From a virus (lineage: Duplodnaviria > Caudoviricetes): a stretch of 30,056 nt of DNA. The stretch spans positions 1-30,056 of the IMG/VR virus record IMGVR_UViG_3300032255_000179; one strand, 5' to 3'. The notes under the pieces are model-generated. The model ran no database searches. It had not been told where the DNA came from and was given only the letters and a program-made list of their open reading frames with translations. A program made the position numbers and the translations under genes. This document shows positions 26,878 to 30,056 of this stretch, piece by piece. Each line of letters starts with the position of its first letter. Position 1 is the first letter of the stretch.

Positions 26878-26915
26878 TGTTAACAGGAAATAGTTCCTGT
26901 TAACAGATGTTAAAA
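26878..26915 (+). other. Candidate attI-like site with a 12-bp inverted repeat
   Basis: TGTTAACAGGAA-ATAG-TTCCTGTTAACA followed by GAT-GTTAAAA; the GTT at 26909 lies 21 bp before the first cassette ATG. Confidence 0.4.
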
Positions 26916-26929
26916 AATGGAATAGAGTA

Positions 26930-27703
26930 ATGAGAGTTAACTTTATTATCTTATGTATAGCATTAGTTTTTCTTGTCATGGATAAAACAATACTTGTGAC
27001 AACGAATATTCATTTAGCTCGAATTCTATTCGATTTATTTGAGTTAAATATCATTTCATACAAATATGGATACAATATTACTATCTTAATATTTTATCTA
27101 ACATTACTTATATTTATAGTTAACACATATAAACAACTGACTAAAAACCTATTACATGGAAGTGTTATAAATAAACCTGAAACACATAGTTCAATAAGTC
27201 AAAAGCTTATAGCTGGTATTGCTGCAAGTTCATTGCTTTCATGCTTGTTTGTAGTTGCTATGGCAGCGCAGCGTGAAAGCTTAGGAGCCTCAGCACTAAT
27301 TTATATATTATATGTAACAGTTTGCGGGGTGGTTATTATTGCTCCTGTCACCACACCTATAAAGAACATTGTGCTTTATAGTTTGTGGCCATCAGCAACA
27401 TTCTTGATTTTCTCTTCAATATTACTGCTTATTGCATCAGCATTAGGAGACTTATTTTCTATTTCTAGTAGACAAGGGATAAAAGTGAATGACTTGTTAA
27501 TTATGTATGTGATTTTATCCTTTTGTGCAATACCATTAATTACGGCAGCCTCTATTGGTAGAAACATGTTAATTGACTTTGTTATTCAACTAGCTAATAT
27601 CCCTAATGATTCAGTCGAAAAATTATCAACTAATATAAAAAATATTTTAGCTATACTTGCTATAATTAGCGGCGCGATATTAGGTGTTGCGATATTTAGC
27701 TAA
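26930..27703 (+). CDS. Cassette 1: polytopic membrane protein
   Basis: 257 aa, about 7 hydrophobic segments; stop codon lies inside the attC R'' box. Confidence 0.75.
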   Translation: MRVNFIILCIALVFLVMDKTILVTTNIHLARILFDLFELNIISYKYGYNITILIFYLTLLIFIVNTYKQLTKNLLHGSVINKPETHSSISQKLIAGIAASSLLSCLFVVAMAAQRESLGASALIYILYVTVCGVVIIAPVTTPIKNIVLYSLWPSATFLIFSSILLLIASALGDLFSISSRQGIKVNDLLIMYVILSFCAIPLITAASIGRNMLIDFVIQLANIPNDSVEKLSTNIKNILAILAIISGAILGVAIFS

Positions 27704-27829
27704 CAAGACACTCAAATCCGACAAATAACCCTTAACTTCTATGAATATTTTAATTTATACTAAGCTTCAGCAAACAATAATACACCTACTATTCCATTGG
27801 GCTATTTGCGGTTTAGCTAGGCGTTGCTC
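27698..27829 (+). repeat. attC site 1 (132 bp)
   Basis: AGCTAAC...CAAATCCGACAAATAACCC / GGGCTATTTGCGGTTTAG...GCGTTGCTC; arms pair with bulged bases. Confidence 0.8.
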
Positions 27830-27846
27830 TACAAGCCGGATAAACA

Positions 27847-28581
27847 ATGGATGATAAAACACCATATATAAATGATTTTGCAAATCGCTCCTTTCGAGAC
27901 TACGCAGACCAAGATTACATAATGGCTCGCATTGCGTACCGGAAAGAGTTTGATCAGCAGTTTCGCTGGTGTTCACTTCAAGCATTGGAAAAATATCTAA
28001 AAGCAATACTTATCTATAATCGTGTTTCTGCTAAAGGCATTGGACATGATCTTGTAAAAGCAGTTAATAAAGTCAAAGGCATTAGTGATTTAGGCTTTTC
28101 ACTACCATCGGCTGATTCAGAAAAATTTATTGAGTATATCTCTACTTATGGAGCAGATAGATATTTAAGCCATCCCACACACCTAAGAGACAATGCATTG
28201 CTTACGCTAGATAAAACAGTATGGTGTGTTAGAAGGTATTGTTTCTTTATGCGCCAAGTTATAAAAAAAGATGGAAATGATGTTCATTTATTTGAACACA
28301 ATAAGAACAAAGCCACTAATCCGTACTACGAAACAAACAGACACAAATATAAAATATTTAATGGTTATCTAGAAAAGGTCATAGATAAACGACTTCCTTC
28401 ATACAATGATCTGGTGTGGAAGAACTTTTTTTATGGGCGAGTTAAGAAACACAAAATCAAGAATTTTACATTTAGAATGAGCAGCCAAAATCCTACTCAT
28501 TCATTACACCCGGAAATGTTTGACACACTAAGTCAGTTAGTAGATTTTCCAAAAGCGGTTAAAAATGAATATAAGAGCTAA
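27847..28581 (+). CDS. Cassette 2: HEPN-domain protein
   Basis: ADQDYI.AR, QALEKYLKA, GHDL, RY pattern of the HEPN superfamily. Confidence 0.75.
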   Translation: MDDKTPYINDFANRSFRDYADQDYIMARIAYRKEFDQQFRWCSLQALEKYLKAILIYNRVSAKGIGHDLVKAVNKVKGISDLGFSLPSADSEKFIEYISTYGADRYLSHPTHLRDNALLTLDKTVWCVRRYCFFMRQVIKKDGNDVHLFEHNKNKATNPYYETNRHKYKIFNGYLEKVIDKRLPSYNDLVWKNFFYGRVKKHKIKNFTFRMSSQNPTHSLHPEMFDTLSQLVDFPKAVKNEYKS

Positions 28582-28647
28582 CAAGGAGCTCGTTCGGATG
28601 CAAACTACGCTGCGCTTCGTTTGTATCGCACAGCTTAAACGTTAGAA
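28576..28647 (+). repeat. attC site 2 (72 bp)
   Basis: AGCTAAC-AAGGA-GCTCGTTCGGATGCAAAC...GTTTGTATCGCACAGC-TTAAAC-GTTAGAA. Confidence 0.85.
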
Positions 28648-28675
28648 TCATGCAGAGTGATGAGTAAAACTAAAT

Positions 28676-29245
28676 ATGAGCAATAAACTTAAAAAGTGGA
28701 GCAAGTCTCTTAATGTAATTGGTTGCCAAATACAGAACATGCTTATTAAGCAAGACACTCATCATACGTTGCTAAGAATAATCGCAGAAAATAAATCTCT
28801 TCATGAGCACAACCCATTTTATGACCACCTATTCCACACCTATATCTCATATATTTCAGTATCACTGAGAAGGCAGCTAAAAAGAGATAAAAACAGTATA
28901 AGTTTGTATGGGGTGCTATCGGACATAGCAGATAACATGAGTGATATTCCACTCCATAAGCACATAGAGCTAGACCCAGAAAGTGATATAGCACGTCTTA
29001 AGGAAGCATCGTCCGTAATCGAAAAATATGTTGATAGGAGAATAGCTCATACAGATAAGCGTTCTTTAGATAAGCGTTCTTTAGATAAGCTTCCAAACCC
29101 TAGTGAAGTTGAGAACTGTATTGAAATCATGAAAGAAATTCATAAAAGATACAATTCAGTAGTAAACAAAGTTGACGTAGAGTTAATGCCTGTAAGGTAC
29201 GACTGGACTCATATATTTGAAATTCCATGGGTACAGGTAAAATGA
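28676..29245 (+). CDS. Cassette 3: AbiU2-like HEPN protein
   Basis: LRRQL..D.NSISL..VL and YVDRRIAH.D motifs; helical protein. Confidence 0.6.
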   Translation: MSNKLKKWSKSLNVIGCQIQNMLIKQDTHHTLLRIIAENKSLHEHNPFYDHLFHTYISYISVSLRRQLKRDKNSISLYGVLSDIADNMSDIPLHKHIELDPESDIARLKEASSVIEKYVDRRIAHTDKRSLDKRSLDKLPNPSEVENCIEIMKEIHKRYNSVVNKVDVELMPVRYDWTHIFEIPWVQVK

Positions 29246-29351
29246 ATCTAACAATGCAAATTCACACGGACAAATTTCCGCGACGTTCGTTTGTGGCAAA
29301 TGCCACAAGCCTAACATCGCTCCAATTTATCGGTGATTTGCGCCGTTAGGG
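29246..29351 (+). repeat. attC site 3 (106 bp)
   Basis: ATCTAAC...GCAAATTCACACGGACAAATT / AATTTATCGGTGATTTGC...GTTAGGG; inner hairpin TTGTGGCA-AA-TGCCACAA. Confidence 0.85.
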
Positions 29352-29366
29352 GGAAATAAAAATAAT

Positions 29367-29717
29367 ATGGACATGCCAATTTCATTAATACTAAGTTATG
29401 CAGCTTTTAGCTTTTTCGGTTTTTATCAAAAGTTACACATTAAAAACTTTAGAGGCGCAAGCCAAACATATCTATTAGTGTTAAATTTATTTACATTAGC
29501 AGCAACAATATTTGGAGTCGGTTTCCTCTTTTATTACGGTTATAAAGTAAACTGGGCAGAAGCAGCAATATTATTTGGTGTGGCGTTTGCTATAAAGCTT
29601 ATCTGGTTCCCAATCGAGGCAAAGTTAGGGCTTCGTAATTCATACTTTTTGTTTAGCCTTGCTGGTTTCGTAATTATGCCAGTTTGTGCTTATTTCTTGT
29701 GGGCAGCATTACCATAA
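29367..29717 (+). CDS. Cassette 4: small membrane protein (about 4 TM)
   Basis: 116 aa, four hydrophobic segments. Confidence 0.75.
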   Translation: MDMPISLILSYAAFSFFGFYQKLHIKNFRGASQTYLLVLNLFTLAATIFGVGFLFYYGYKVNWAEAAILFGVAFAIKLIWFPIEAKLGLRNSYFLFSLAGFVIMPVCAYFLWAALP

Positions 29718-29725
29718 TGGCAACG

Positions 29726-29748
29726 CCCTCTAACAAAGCGTTTATGTG
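29726..29748 (+). repeat. Collapsed attC remnant
   Basis: CCCTCTAAC-AAAGC-GTTTATGTG; R'' is complementary (8/9) to the cassette 4 start GTTAGGGGG but there are no L boxes. Confidence 0.6.
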
Positions 29749-29771
29749 TAAAAAAAAGTAGAGAATTTTCT

Positions 29772-30056
29772 ATGAAATTACTATTTTCCATCTTACTACT
29801 TCTAACTATTTCCAATAGCGTATACGCAACCTGCTATCCACATGGCACTGAGCTATATAGGCCGTTTGTTAACAACAACAGTAAAATTATAGACATCGAC
29901 TCTCGTGTTAAATATGCAAAAGGCCTTTTAGCTGCTAGCAAAAGATGGAGCCAAAATATACGTAAGCGTCCAGCCAAGCACACGTATAATATGACTCTCA
30001 CCTATGCTAAGCAACATTCCAGGGCAACAAGTAATCAATGTCATCAGGTTTATTAG
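29772..30056 (+). CDS. Cassette 5: putative secreted protein
   Basis: Signal peptide MKLLFSILLLLTISNSVYA; stop codon at the window edge. Confidence 0.6.
   Translation: MKLLFSILLLLTISNSVYATCYPHGTELYRPFVNNNSKIIDIDSRVKYAKGLLAASKRWSQNIRKRPAKHTYNMTLTYAKQHSRATSNQCHQVY

Larger units (their letters stand above)
26909..30056 (+). mobile_element. Integron-type gene cassette array with no integrase in the window (CALIN-like)
   Basis: Co-oriented AT-rich ORFs separated by TAAC...GTT imperfect palindromes. Confidence 0.85.

Overview
Most of the window (about 1-26470) is a temperate phage or prophage segment, probably from a gammaproteobacterium (inferred from DnaN/DnaB similarity). The early region holds an AlpA-like gene, a divergent repressor/Cro-like switch, a DUF4373-type initiator with DnaB, a VRR-NUC nuclease, a metallopeptidase, a PAPS-reductase remnant and a phage-borne dnaN. 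Next come a minus-strand UPF0175/DUF3368 toxin-antitoxin pair, the small and GpA-type large terminases, an atypical tRNA, the portal, a zeta-toxin-domain protein with a small acidic partner, two nuclease morons, a MuF-like head protein and a DarB-like methyltransferase-SNF2 helicase. From about 26880 to the end there is an AT-rich integron-type cassette array: three intact attC sites, one collapsed attC, five ORFs (two HEPN-like) and no integrase in the window. No integrase, capsid, tail or lysis genes are visible. Main signals: (1) a late-promoter motif TAATCGTGA-N3-CAYnnT in five copies, four placed exactly 6 bp before an RBS-less ATG; (2) a tRNA with a Leu-type body but a UGG (Pro) anticodon and a 31-nt variable region; (3) an integrase-less cassette array next to the phage late genes; (4) a recurring 19-bp palindromic operator; (5) clamp-binding motifs in proteins of a phage with its own clamp. 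All family calls come from motif recognition by eye, not database searches.
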